Shown one piece after another: positions 47,201-56,327 of a stretch of DNA of 64,000 bases. The notes under the pieces were generated by a model that had not been told where the DNA came from, ran no database searches, and saw nothing but the letters and a program-made list of their open reading frames with translations. Each line of letters starts with the position of its first letter. Within the stretch, counting starts at the first letter, position 1. Source of the DNA: Candidatus Latescibacterota bacterium (lineage in GTDB: Bacteria; Latescibacterota; UBA2968); NCBI GenBank assembly GCA_965222605.1, contig OZ244960.1, positions 4,864,001 through 4,928,000 of the forward strand, written 5' to 3'. The position numbers were made by a program, and so were the translations under genes.

Positions 47201-47252
47201 GCAACAGGGTTTGTATTATCACCTGTGCAGTCAACAGTTGCAGGTGGTGTAA
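44232..47252 (+). CDS. Peptidase-containing ABC transporter (2 x cNMP-binding + C39 + TMD + NBD)
   Basis: Two cNMP domains (FYIVQSG...GDHFGEGAL; FYLIGSG...GDYFGD); QHDQSDCGAACL, HWEGNHFVV, IADP (intact C-H-D); GRSGAGKTT, LSGGQRQR, FDEAT. Start uncertain (44178 or 44232). Confidence 0.95.
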   Translation: MNLSVFFAKNSVRSQPARYSFGGIVCQRGQAGEAFYIVQSGRLRVIKQDANGNSATVGYLYAGDHFGEGALLNRQGHRATVRAVEDADVLQVPKDEFFKAVRKHSDLKAYLKEQVACIAYRDFTRFLKGDVPSEAMRVLFARLKREAVEKGVTVVDRGQLGQRFYLIGSGQLEAVSENGDTVILSQGDYFGDENLSGDKRVIRSRCDSVLFYIDKSDFNKLKAMMPGFEKALERGRILRGDQASNGALLRQVRQVPEPLTARSDEKLASNTTSNVVNIRIDGAKPLVPTLLRFPFLKQHDQSDCGAACLGMICKYYKMPIGLNRLRDMSNVSRYGTSVAALAEAAETLGFVTRGVRTGYEALMRTDLPAILHWEGNHFVVLYQITKKEVKIADPGVGIRKLSRAEFEKGWTNMALLLEYTDQVAENEPSRSSFKRFFPLIRPYTGILIEVLLASLVLSLFGLASPIFMQTIVDQVLVHHDADLLNLMLVGMIVVALFQMGTSTLRVYLIGYVSARLSIAMLSRFYRHLLALSMRFFALRRTGDLTTRFRENATIQRLLTGTTVSAILDFIMLFVYLGLMFYYNAELTLIMLIFVPLSVGLTLIYTPILKSFSQRAFLARAEQSSVLIDSLHGIDVVKAEAVERATRWHWEGKFTKEIQIGFQRLKMQMLFGGIGRVFNLLSSTVILWYGASLVIAGDLSVGQLMAFNALIGNVMGPIMGLIGIWPQVQEARIALDRLNDVYDTQMEDARQQGQGLILKHLEGRVVFDEVFFRYGVGSDEPYVLNNIDLILEPGQKVAIVGRSGAGKTTLVKLVPRLFDPSEGRVMLDGMDVRDLDPHWLRRQVGMVMQEPFLFSGTIAENIAIGRKDADMDRILEVAKLSCVHDFVSDMPLGYETKVGEQGVGLSGGQRQRIAIARALYCDPKILIFDEATNALDTDSEQAMQANLDMFLDDRTALIIAHRLSTVRDADAIVVLDKGHIVEMGTHDELMVQQGLYYHLCSQQLQVV

Positions 47253-48635
47253 ATGGCAGAATCGCTTTTGGAGACATCGGCTGAGACAGTAGTTCCCGGT
47301 ATAGTTCAGGAGCAAGATGACGCGGCAGAAGAGGTGCATGCGTTTATGGGGTCTTTGCGGCCCTTTTGGGGACGTGCAATGCTCTATATTGTCCTGCTGT
47401 TTGTGATCATTGCCATTACCTGGGCATGGTGGGGTGAGGTGGATATGGTGACATCAGCCCCTTTTCGACTGGTGCCTCTGGGGCAGGTGAAGACGATGCA
47501 GGCACAGCGAGGTGGTGAAATTGAGTTGATTGGTGTTAAAGAAGGGGATCATATTGAGAAAGGGCAGGTGTTATTTAAGCTCAAATCGTGGGAGACCTGG
47601 GGAGATTTGCGGGAATGGGAACAGGCAAAGATGGCTTTTCAGAAGGCGGAGTACGATCTCAAAAGGGTGTTGCCTCAAAGGGCAAAATTAAATCGAGAGA
47701 CGATAGGCGCGCTGGAACAACGCCTTTCTGTTTTGCAGCGGTTTATGGTGGCACACCAGAATGCGTTGAAAGATTATCAAAGCGATGTAGGCGATGTTGT
47801 GGGATCGAAAACCAAAGTATCTGACGCGGGATTGCAAGCGCAGATCGGTTTTCGGCAAGCTGAGATTGACCTTATGAAACAGGAATTTTTACAGCAAAAG
47901 GCGTTGTTTGAGCGCGAATTGATCAGCCGGACAGATATGAATCGCGCGCGTGTGCAGTATTTGAGTGCTCTGTCCGCACTTCCGTCGCGTATGTCAGAGA
48001 TATACAAGAATGAAATGGCGGTGCAGGATCTCAAGCGTCAAATTCTGGAAGCGCGTATTGCACACGAGCGCGAGGCATCGCAGATGCAACACGCTTATGA
48101 GATCGTACAATTGCGATTGGAACAGGCTCGCAAACGCATTGATCGTACCCTGGAAGCCGAGTCAGATCTGATTCTGGCACCTGAATCGGGCATTGTAACA
48201 CAGGTGATGGTGAATGCGATAGGACAGGTGATCAGCAAGGGGGCGCCTCTAATTACACTGGCACCGGCTTTGGCACCGATGGTTGCGGAACTGATGGTGT
48301 TGAATAAAGATGTGGGCTTGCTCAAACCCGGGCAATTGGTCAAACTGAAATACGGCGCTTATGCCTTTCAGGATTTTGGCATCAAACGCGGGTGGCTCAA
48401 ATACATCTCGCCCGATGCGATGATTGATAAAAGTATTGGACCGATATTTAAGTGTGTTGTCGAGTTGGAAGAAAATACCATGCATGTGCAAGGATACGAC
48501 AAACCGCTGATGTTCGGGATGAAGGGTACGGCAGAGATTATGACAGATCGCCAATCAGTCTTACTGATGTTGCTGAGTCCCTTGCGACAGCTTTACGAGT
48601 CGGCAAGGTACGATGTTCAAGAGGGTGCGTTGTGA
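47253..48635 (+). CDS. HlyD-family membrane fusion protein
   Basis: N-terminal TM segment, VKEGD..EKG..L, coiled coil, APESG.V, DVG....GQ.VKLK..AY.FQ.FG, GM.G.AEI. Confidence 0.93.
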   Translation: MAESLLETSAETVVPGIVQEQDDAAEEVHAFMGSLRPFWGRAMLYIVLLFVIIAITWAWWGEVDMVTSAPFRLVPLGQVKTMQAQRGGEIELIGVKEGDHIEKGQVLFKLKSWETWGDLREWEQAKMAFQKAEYDLKRVLPQRAKLNRETIGALEQRLSVLQRFMVAHQNALKDYQSDVGDVVGSKTKVSDAGLQAQIGFRQAEIDLMKQEFLQQKALFERELISRTDMNRARVQYLSALSALPSRMSEIYKNEMAVQDLKRQILEARIAHEREASQMQHAYEIVQLRLEQARKRIDRTLEAESDLILAPESGIVTQVMVNAIGQVISKGAPLITLAPALAPMVAELMVLNKDVGLLKPGQLVKLKYGAYAFQDFGIKRGWLKYISPDAMIDKSIGPIFKCVVELEENTMHVQGYDKPLMFGMKGTAEIMTDRQSVLLMLLSPLRQLYESARYDVQEGAL

Positions 48636-49411
48636 TGTCAGAGGATGCCACACTGATTCGGGTCAATGGTATTGCAGTGTCATTGCGCCATGTCGTGCGG
48701 CAACTGGGCGTTGCTGGTAATCTGCGTTTTTTTGATGGATTTACGCGCAGGGAATTGGTCCGACAACTCGCGCTGCGCGAGGGTGTTTGCGCAACGCGTG
48801 AAGATATTCAGCGCAAGGTAGATGAATGGCGGTATCAACACCGTTTGGAGCGGGTGGAAGATACAGAGGCATGGCTTGTAAAGCGGAGTATTACGCTTCA
48901 GGATGTGACAGAAGATGCCGAGGTGAGGCAGTTGGAATATTTGCTGTCTGAGAAGATTGCCGAGGGACAGGTTGAACCCTATTTCGTGCAACACATGCTG
49001 GAGTTTGACGAGGCGGAGATTTGCTGGATTTTTCACGCGGATAAGGGTGTGATCGACGAGATTGATTTGCAGATCCGAGAAGATAGTGCAGATTTTTACG
49101 CGATGGCGCGTCGATTTTCTCAAGATGCACGCACGCGATCAGGTAGTGGTTTTTTAGGCAGGGTGCGGCGCAAGCAGTTGCCCAAGGGGATTGCTGCGCG
49201 CGTTTTTGCCGCTTCCTCAGGTGAAATTTTTGGTCCGGAAAAAGTGTCGGGCGGGTTTGCGCTGTACCTGGTGCAGCAACTCTATCCGGCAACACTGGAC
49301 GAGCGGATTGCAAAGGAGATCCGCAAACACCTGTTTAATCAGTGGTTGCAACGAGAGATGCAGCGAGCAGATATACGGTATCCGATTTGGCAGATGGAAA
49401 TAACAAAATAA
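48635..49411 (+). CDS. Parvulin/PpiC-like (rotamase-fold) maturation protein
   Basis: F...ARRFS.D......GG/SG-FLG...R..LP....A.VF....G...GP; TGATG coupling to hlyD. Such proteins commonly accompany cNMP-C39 transporters. Confidence 0.85.
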   Translation: MSEDATLIRVNGIAVSLRHVVRQLGVAGNLRFFDGFTRRELVRQLALREGVCATREDIQRKVDEWRYQHRLERVEDTEAWLVKRSITLQDVTEDAEVRQLEYLLSEKIAEGQVEPYFVQHMLEFDEAEICWIFHADKGVIDEIDLQIREDSADFYAMARRFSQDARTRSGSGFLGRVRRKQLPKGIAARVFAASSGEIFGPEKVSGGFALYLVQQLYPATLDERIAKEIRKHLFNQWLQREMQRADIRYPIWQMEITK

Positions 49412-49453
49412 ATTCTGAAAAAAAAGTTAAAAAATCAAAAGAACAGGTCCGCA

Positions 49454-50305
49454 CTATGGCATTACGGCTTTTTCGCCCTGATATTTGCTGATCCAGCTTT
49501 TCAAAGGAACATCTCCTTCTTTTGGCGATGTGTAGCCGTGAATGCCCGAAGGAGAATGCCGGCACATTTGCTTTCGGATTGGACTCAGTTGATCCCAGAA
49601 ATTTTCCACGTTGCATTCGCCGCGCGCTTGAAGCCAGCGGTAAGCGTATCCGTAGAAGATCACCTTGCGGGGTTGCGTCCAATAATTTGCACTCGCTGAA
49701 TGCCACAACCGACGGTCAAAAATAACGGCTGAACCCCGGGGAGCGAGGACGGGTATAGAGCCCTTTACCATCTGATTGCGATTTCCGTTCGGCCACTTCA
49801 TCGTATTTTTTAACTGGCTTCCCGGAATGATGTGAAAATTGCCGCGTTCCGGTTCGCTTGTATCCGATAGAAAGTAAGCTACTTTGACCGATAAGCGCGG
49901 CCTCGGGCTTGTCTCCATTTCCTGATTCACGCGCCCGGTATCTTGATGCCAACTGAGTCCCAAACCGCGTTTGCTATCTGGTGGTTCGGGAGGCGTTACG
50001 TCCATGTGTGCCAGATAGATTTGTATATTCCATCCCAAGATCCCCCAAACTTTTGGGAATGTCGTATAGTGATCTATCAAGTCAATAAATGCACGATCTC
50101 GCCCCATAAAGTCGATTTCGTGAACCCGCTTATGTGGGTCAATTTTTTGTTTTTCGCGTTCCTCGGCATTGATGCGATCAACTGCTTTGGTCAGTTGTCT
50201 TCTTTTCGCATCGCTCAGTGCGTTTTCAATGATTAGATAACCCCGGTCCTCAAATTCGAGGCGTTCGTCTTCAGTCAGGCAATGGTTTAGCCAGCGTTTG
50301 TTCAT
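49454..50305 (-). CDS. Phytanoyl-CoA dioxygenase (PhyH)-family Fe/2OG enzyme
   Basis: F...GYL.IEN; WHQD; IPGS; G.AVIFD.RLWH. Confidence 0.9.
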   Translation of the reverse strand: MNKRWLNHCLTEDERLEFEDRGYLIIENALSDAKRRQLTKAVDRINAEEREKQKIDPHKRVHEIDFMGRDRAFIDLIDHYTTFPKVWGILGWNIQIYLAHMDVTPPEPPDSKRGLGLSWHQDTGRVNQEMETSPRPRLSVKVAYFLSDTSEPERGNFHIIPGSQLKNTMKWPNGNRNQMVKGSIPVLAPRGSAVIFDRRLWHSASANYWTQPRKVIFYGYAYRWLQARGECNVENFWDQLSPIRKQMCRHSPSGIHGYTSPKEGDVPLKSWISKYQGEKAVMP

Positions 50306-50318
50306 AGCGCATCTCCTT

Positions 50319-50786
50319 TCATGAAAAGAGGTTGGCCTTCTTTTTTCGTCGATCCAGAATATAGAATTTGATAAGCCCTATCCCGCCGATCAGACTACAG
50401 GGTATCACAATGAAGCGGTACATTGAGACTTCGTCATATCGAAGCGATGCACCGGTCGCGCCTATTGTCACGACCACAAATGATATGTGAATGAGTTTTT
50501 GAGATAGGTATTTATTGACAAAGGTAGAGATTAGAATCAACGCGAGCGCCGTGTGGAAAATGACAAATCCCGCATAACCGTTTCGCACGGCGAGATCAAA
50601 ATGCCAATCATAGCGATAAAGCCATACCATGAGCACATGTGTCAGAATGATCAGCGCGACAGCACGCCACAGCGCGATCGGGTGTTGTTCTCGCAGCGTG
50701 AGCACAACCACAGTGGTCAATCCCACATATCCTGTGATCGCCAATAAAAAAGTGATGAAAATTTCCGTTGTTCCCGTTCCAACCAT
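50319..50786 (-). CDS. Hypothetical membrane protein
   Basis: About 5 hydrophobic segments; start uncertain. Confidence 0.7.
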   Translation of the reverse strand: MVGTGTTEIFITFLLAITGYVGLTTVVVLTLREQHPIALWRAVALIILTHVLMVWLYRYDWHFDLAVRNGYAGFVIFHTALALILISTFVNKYLSQKLIHISFVVVTIGATGASLRYDEVSMYRFIVIPCSLIGGIGLIKFYILDRRKKKANLFS

Positions 50787-50915
50787 CGACAGATTCTCCC
50801 TTCTCATAGCTCTGTGTCGCGTTTGATATGCAATATATCGCATGATATTCTAAGAACAAGAGCGTTTCACAGGTGCTGACATGTCTCTATTTGGTGTAGG
50901 CGATTCATTACATGC

Positions 50916-50950
50916 AAAACGGGTTACGACGTATTGCCATAACCCGTTGT
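50916..50950 (-). terminator. Terminator downstream of tRNA-Thr
   Basis: Minus strand AACGGGTTATGGC-AATAC-GTCGTAACCCGTT followed by TT. Confidence 0.7.
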
Positions 50951-50956
50951 TTTTTG

Positions 50957-51032
50957 TGGAGCCGCCCAGCGGACTCGAACCGCTGACCGCCTGATTACAA
51001 ATCAGGTGCTCTACCAGCTGAGCTAGGGCGGC
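50957..51032 (-). tRNA. tRNA-Thr (UGU)
   Basis: GCCGCCCTAGCTCAGCTGGTAGAGCACCTGATTTGTAATCAGGCGGTCAGCGGTTCGAGTCCGCTGGGCGGCTCCA: full cloverleaf, anticodon TGT, encoded CCA. Confidence 0.98.
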
Positions 51033-51134
51033 TGGTCCGTCAAAGATATAAAAGCACGCGATTTTTGGCAACCTCAAAGAGGGGTTTAACTGCTATCGCA
51101 GTTGTACACTTCTTGGGGACTGGGGGCTGGTAGG

Positions 51135-52217
51135 TTAGAAAAACGATGTCGTGCGTTTTTGATCGCGTTCGTAGCGTTCAATGCCCAGTTGAATGAGGCG
51201 ATCAATCAATTCTTGATAAGAAATTCCACTGGCCTCCCACAGCTTGGGATACATACTGATCCGCGTAAAGCCGGGAATGGTATTGATTTCATTTACCACA
51301 AAGGTGCCGTCATTTTTTAGAAAGAAATCCGCGCGTGCCATGCCCTCACAGCACAAGACTTGAAATGTGTGAATGGCAAGGGTTTGCACCCGTTTTACAG
51401 CTTCTTCCGATAAATCTGCGGGGATGTGCAATACCGCGCCTTTTTCATCCAGATATTTCGCTTCATAAGAATAAAACTCGTGCTGCGGCAAGATTTCACC
51501 GGGTATTGAGACAATGGGCGTCTCATTGCCCAATACCGAACATTCAATTTCTCGACCCTCAACAAAAGCCTCGATCAGTACCTTTTTGTCGTAGCGAAAT
51601 GCTTCTTTCAACGCGGGGATTAGCGCGCTTTTGTCGTGTACTTTACTCACGCCGACCGATGAACCCAAATTTGCAGGCTTTACAAATAGGGGCAATCCCA
51701 GTTCTGAAATCACATCATCCACATCCAGATTTTCCAATTGGAACTGAAGCACTGTTCGCCACGCGGCAATGGGAATATTGGCATCGCGCAGCAGGCGTTT
51801 CATCACGTCTTTGTCCATCCCCACAGCCGAGCCGAGCACATCTGCGCCTACATAGGGGACATCGGCCAATCTCAAGAATCCCTGTACTGTGCCGTCTTCT
51901 CCCAGCGGTCCGTGCAAGACGGGAAAAACCACATCGACCGAATCGGACGCAGACTGTCCCACGAGTTCACCGCGCCCTTCTGGCATCAACGTAATCAGCG
52001 CGTTTTGGTCTGCATCAGAGAGTCCCTCTGTATTGGCTTCGGGCAATAGTTGTTCGGCTTCGTTCAAGAACCATTGACCCGATTTGTCGATTCCTATTGG
52101 CACGACTTCGTATTTGGTTTTGTCAATCGCGTCAATAATATTGCGCGCAGACTGCAATGACACTTCGTGCTCTGCCGATTTCCCACCAAATAGTATTCCA
52201 ACGCGGATTTTTTTCAT
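51135..52217 (-). CDS. ddl: D-alanine--D-alanine ligase
   Basis: FGGKSAEHEVS, HGPLGEDG, KPANLGSSVG, FYSYEAKY, NEINTIPGFT..SMYP. Confidence 0.96.
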   Translation of the reverse strand: MKKIRVGILFGGKSAEHEVSLQSARNIIDAIDKTKYEVVPIGIDKSGQWFLNEAEQLLPEANTEGLSDADQNALITLMPEGRGELVGQSASDSVDVVFPVLHGPLGEDGTVQGFLRLADVPYVGADVLGSAVGMDKDVMKRLLRDANIPIAAWRTVLQFQLENLDVDDVISELGLPLFVKPANLGSSVGVSKVHDKSALIPALKEAFRYDKKVLIEAFVEGREIECSVLGNETPIVSIPGEILPQHEFYSYEAKYLDEKGAVLHIPADLSEEAVKRVQTLAIHTFQVLCCEGMARADFFLKNDGTFVVNEINTIPGFTRISMYPKLWEASGISYQELIDRLIQLGIERYERDQKRTTSFF

Positions 52218-52840
52218 TTTCCCCTCTGATTTTTTTTCCGTCGCCACCACCAGAATCCGATTATACCCACAGCCATTAAAATTGCCAGTACTCGGTTATA
52301 AGTTTTTAGTACAGCGACTACGATTTCCCAGTTTTCGCCGACCATCAGCCCAAAGTAAACCAGCAGACTATTCCACAACAATGTGCCAAATATCACGTAA
52401 AGCGTCATGCGCAGGGGATGCATCTGGCTGATGCCGGCCACAATGCCGACAAATATCCGTACGGTGGGCAAAAATCGGTTGAAAATGACGATTTTGTCGC
52501 CATAGCGATTGAACCATGTTTCAGTGCGATCCAGATTTTCTTCATTCAAGAACTTTATATTTAACCGCAAGAAGAAGGACCGCCCTTTCACAAAAGCTAT
52601 GCTATAAAGTAGCAAACAGCCCACTGCGCTGCCTATCCACATGGCAAAATACGCAGGCCAAAGAGCGATTACACCAATGCCGGCCAAATACGCGCCGAAT
52701 ACAATCAGGGTATCGCCCGGAATTGGAGGTACCACGTTCTCTAAAAAAGCACCCAGAAATAAAAAAAAGTAAATCCATCCTGGCGGTTGGTCATTCAAAT
52801 AGGCGAGAAAAGAATTCCAAAGTTCAGTAAAGTACTCCAA
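52214..52840 (-). CDS. DedA family membrane protein
   Basis: ENVVPPIPGD; F.RYG......RF.P..R. Confidence 0.92.
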   Translation of the reverse strand: MEYFTELWNSFLAYLNDQPPGWIYFFLFLGAFLENVVPPIPGDTLIVFGAYLAGIGVIALWPAYFAMWIGSAVGCLLLYSIAFVKGRSFFLRLNIKFLNEENLDRTETWFNRYGDKIVIFNRFLPTVRIFVGIVAGISQMHPLRMTLYVIFGTLLWNSLLVYFGLMVGENWEIVVAVLKTYNRVLAILMAVGIIGFWWWRRKKNQRGK

Positions 52841-52859
52841 TTGTGTATCCTTTCACACT

Positions 52860-54026
52860 TCATCCGATTTTTACCAACGCCACCGCTTGTGCTGCTATGC
52901 CTTCTTCGCGTCCGACAAAACCCATGTATTCGGTGGTCGTGGCTTTTACCGATATAAGAGCCACAGGCACTCCCAATGTCTGTGCCATATTTTCGCGCAT
53001 TTGTGCAATATACGGCGATAGCTTTGGGCGTTGCGCCATGACAGTTGCATCCACATTGAGCACCTGTGCGTGCGATTCTTTCAGAACATGGACCACGCGC
53101 GCCAGCAGTGTGAGACTTGAAATATCTTTGTAAGTGGCATCCGTATCGGGAAAAAGCTGACCAATGTCGCCGGCACCCAGCGCACCCAATAGGGCATCGA
53201 TGACGACGTGGGTCAATACATCTGCGTCTGAGTGGCCCAGCAGTCCTTTTTCATAGGGAATGTGTACGCCGCCCAGGATCAACGCACGGTCTTCCACGAG
53301 TTGATGCGCGTCATAGCCCTGACCAATTCGCAATGTCGGTGTCACGTCACCTCGTTTGTCTAAAATGTACAAACCCAGGTCGAGGTCTTCTGGCGATGTG
53401 ATTTTGATATTGTCCGCTCGCCCTGGCACAATGGTTACAGCCTCGCCCAAACGCTCTACCAGAGCCGTATCATCTGTGCCCAGATATCCCGATTCGCACG
53501 CGGCACGATGGGCGCGAAAGATTACTTCGCGGCGAAATGCTTGAGGCGTTTGTACGGCTCGCAATGTCGATCTGTCCAGGGTTGCAATGACTTGATCGTC
53601 CTGCACGCGCTTTACCGTATCTGTTACAGGTATGCCCAAAACAGCGGCACCGCGTTCGGCTGCTGCCAAAACCACAGCATTGATGTCCTCGGGCGTTATA
53701 TAAGCCCGCGCGCCGTCGTGGATGGCAACTACGTCGGCATTTTGCGGTATCACCCGTAGTCCACACGCCACGGAGTCCTGCCGTTCTGCACCGCCGCCGA
53801 CCACATCGACAACTTTGGAAAATTTTTTATTTCCAAATTGTTCTCGGCAAGTATCGATGTCCTCCTGCCCCACGACCAGCACAACGCGGTCAATGCGGTC
53901 TGCGCTTTCAAATGCAGCAAGTGTCCAGGCCAATACGGGACGCCCGGCAAGGTCGAGAAATTGCTTTGGGATATGCGTTCCCATTCGCTTTCCCGACCCA
54001 GCAGCGAGAATGATGGCGTAGTTCAT
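52860..54026 (-). CDS. ispDF: Bifunctional IspD/IspF
   Basis: AAGSGKRMG..PKQF, HDGAR, QTPQAF, KIT..ED, then RIGQGYDAH, GHSDADV, DIG..FPD, VKATTTE. Confidence 0.96.
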   Translation of the reverse strand: MNYAIILAAGSGKRMGTHIPKQFLDLAGRPVLAWTLAAFESADRIDRVVLVVGQEDIDTCREQFGNKKFSKVVDVVGGGAERQDSVACGLRVIPQNADVVAIHDGARAYITPEDINAVVLAAAERGAAVLGIPVTDTVKRVQDDQVIATLDRSTLRAVQTPQAFRREVIFRAHRAACESGYLGTDDTALVERLGEAVTIVPGRADNIKITSPEDLDLGLYILDKRGDVTPTLRIGQGYDAHQLVEDRALILGGVHIPYEKGLLGHSDADVLTHVVIDALLGALGAGDIGQLFPDTDATYKDISSLTLLARVVHVLKESHAQVLNVDATVMAQRPKLSPYIAQMRENMAQTLGVPVALISVKATTTEYMGFVGREEGIAAQAVALVKIG

Positions 54027-55210
54027 GGTGAAGTCTCATACTGATCCTGTTCCCGTTTGGCCCAGTCGGCGTTGACAAACATGTTCAGGCCGGGATCGGC
54101 GTATATGCCGTCTATTTTTTCGCCGTCGTGCCGTCGCAAGAAATCGATGTCCATCTCTACACCCCAGCCCGGGCCACCGGGCAAATCGAAATGACCATCT
54201 ATAACTTCGGGATAAGGCGTTCCCGCGCATTTGACGTGTTCATCTGCAAAATCATTAAAATGTTCGAGCACTTTGCCATTGCGGAGGGTTGCCATCAGGT
54301 GCAGGGTTGCAACGGTGGTGATAATTCCGCCCACATTGTGCGGGGCGACCATCACGTTGTAGGTTTCAGCCGTTGAGGCGATTTTCTTGGTTTCCAGCAG
54401 GCCGCCACACTGGTTCAAATCCGGCTGGATGATATCCACAACCCGCATGGGAAACAGGTCTCTAAATTCCGCCGCTTTGTAAAGCCGTTCTCCGGTTGCA
54501 ATTGGGATAGATGTGTGTTGCGCCACTTTGGTCAATGCACCCAAATCTTCCGGGCGCGTCGGTTCTTCAATCCACCCCGGGCGCAAGTGCTCAATCGCTT
54601 TGGCGATTTCGATGGCCTGATGCGCTGCAAACCGACCGTGCATTTCCACAAAAATTTGCACGCGATCACCCACGACGGAATGCACGGCTTCGATCAGTGC
54701 AATGGATTTGAAAAATTCGTCGCGCGTCAGTTCCAGATTGCCATTGCCAAATGGGTCGAATTTGAGACCGATATATCCGCGGTCGATTACTTTTTGAGCT
54801 GTTCTGGCATATTCTTCTGGCGACCGCTCCACTGTGTACCAGCCATTTGCATAAGCGGGCACGCGTTCAATCGTTTTGCCGCCGATTAGATTGTACACAG
54901 GCTGATTGGTCAATTTTCCAATGCAATCCCAACACGCCATCTCTACGAGCGCCAGTCCAGTCATCACAACTTCACCCGGCACACCGAAATCGCGGAGCGT
55001 AAATCGGCTATACAGGTCCTCAATATCGTACACATTGTGCCCGATAAAATGACGCCTGGTGTCCTTCAAAAATTCCAGCACCGTATGTGTTTTGCCCAGG
55101 ACGCGCGCTTCGCCAACCCCGCGCGTGCCGTCTTCCAATTCGATAAACAAATACGTCAAATTGCGCCAGGGTGTTCCCAGCACATAAGTTTCGTAATTTT
55201 TGATTTTCAA
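54023..55210 (-). CDS. Mandelate racemase/enolase superfamily (galactonate dehydratase-like)
   Basis: YANGW, KFDPFG, EMHGR, WIEEP, ATGER, QPD, APHN. Confidence 0.88.
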   Translation of the reverse strand: MKIKNYETYVLGTPWRNLTYLFIELEDGTRGVGEARVLGKTHTVLEFLKDTRRHFIGHNVYDIEDLYSRFTLRDFGVPGEVVMTGLALVEMACWDCIGKLTNQPVYNLIGGKTIERVPAYANGWYTVERSPEEYARTAQKVIDRGYIGLKFDPFGNGNLELTRDEFFKSIALIEAVHSVVGDRVQIFVEMHGRFAAHQAIEIAKAIEHLRPGWIEEPTRPEDLGALTKVAQHTSIPIATGERLYKAAEFRDLFPMRVVDIIQPDLNQCGGLLETKKIASTAETYNVMVAPHNVGGIITTVATLHLMATLRNGKVLEHFNDFADEHVKCAGTPYPEVIDGHFDLPGGPGWGVEMDIDFLRRHDGEKIDGIYADPGLNMFVNADWAKREQDQYETSP

Positions 55211-55226
55211 GGGGTACCCCTTTTTT

Positions 55227-56300
55227 TTATACTACCATCATGGCATCGCCATAACTGTAAAACCGATAGGCTTCGCGCACGGCTTCTCGGTATGCTCGCA
55301 TCGCAAAATCTCGTCCCATGAATGCGGCAACGAGCATGAGCAAAGTGGATTCTGGCAGATGGAAATTGGTGATCAGACCATCTACCAATCGAAAATCGTA
55401 GGGCGGATAGATAAAGATATGGGTCCAGCCAGAACCGGATTTTAGTTGCCAATTCGATCCGATTTTTACTGCTGCGGACTCAAGTGTGCGCACCGATGTC
55501 GTTCCCACTGCGATGACGCGCCCGCCATTTGCGCGACATTGATTGACAGTTTCCGCCGCGTCTTCATCGATTTTCCAAAATTCCGCATCCATTTTGTGAG
55601 CGCGCACATCATCTGCTTTCACAGGTTGAAATGTACCCGGCCCTACATGAAGCAAAATTCGCGCCAATCTCACGCCCAATGCTTCAATTTTTGCCAATAG
55701 GTCGGGGGTAAAATGAAGCCCTGCGGTGGGGGCGGCAACAGACCCGCGCACGCGCGCGTAAACCGTCTGATACCGCTCTTTATCAGATGTGTGATCTTCT
55801 CGCCGAATATAGGGTGGCAATGGCACATGTCCATGCGTTTTTAGCAGTTCGTCCAGTGATCCTTTACCCTTAAATCGCACGCGACGGTTGCCCGAATCCA
55901 GTACATCTTCGACAATGGCAATCAGGTCTGATCCTTCAAAGGCAATTTCAGCCCCAATTTGCAATCGCCGCCCGGGCCGTGCCATTATTTCCCAACTATC
56001 GCCATTGGGACGCAGGAGCAAAATTTCTACCGCGCCTCGGGTGATTGGTCGATATCCTTTTAATCGCGCGGGAAATACCCGCGTTTCGTTCAATACCAGA
56101 CAATCGCCTGCGCGCAAAAAGTTGGGCAGTTCTCGAAATATTCGATGTGCAATCTCGCGGCGCGTGCGATTCACCACCATCAAACGCGACCCATCGCGCC
56201 TGGTCGTTGGGTATTGTGCGATCAGGTGGTTGGGCAATTCGTAATAAAAATCAGAGCGCTTCACAGGACGAGTTTTTGAAAAAGTGAGAATGTGTTGCAA
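55227..56300 (-). CDS. queA: SAM:tRNA ribosyltransferase-isomerase
   Basis: DF.YELP..LIAQ.P, PLPPYI, AAPTAGLHFT, NFHLPES, YRFYSYGD. True start may be GTG near 56264. Confidence 0.96.
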   Translation of the reverse strand: MQHILTFSKTRPVKRSDFYYELPNHLIAQYPTTRRDGSRLMVVNRTRREIAHRIFRELPNFLRAGDCLVLNETRVFPARLKGYRPITRGAVEILLLRPNGDSWEIMARPGRRLQIGAEIAFEGSDLIAIVEDVLDSGNRRVRFKGKGSLDELLKTHGHVPLPPYIRREDHTSDKERYQTVYARVRGSVAAPTAGLHFTPDLLAKIEALGVRLARILLHVGPGTFQPVKADDVRAHKMDAEFWKIDEDAAETVNQCRANGGRVIAVGTTSVRTLESAAVKIGSNWQLKSGSGWTHIFIYPPYDFRLVDGLITNFHLPESTLLMLVAAFMGRDFAMRAYREAVREAYRFYSYGDAMMVV

Positions 56301-56327
56301 TCGCGCGGATTGCAGTACGGCGTCATT

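Noticed and set aside
49454-50305. PhyH enzyme as a RiPP tailoring hydroxylase
   Set aside because: Convergent orientation, and another PhyH paralogue occurs at 56328 in an unrelated context. Not excluded, but unsupported.
40290-50980. att direct repeats from the guaA or tRNA-Thr 3' ends
   Set aside because: I found no second copy of GTGGAATGGGAGTGA or TGGAGCCGCCC by eye, and there is no integrase.
50850-51077. 75-aa ORF
   Set aside because: Read-through of the tRNA-Thr gene and its terminator.
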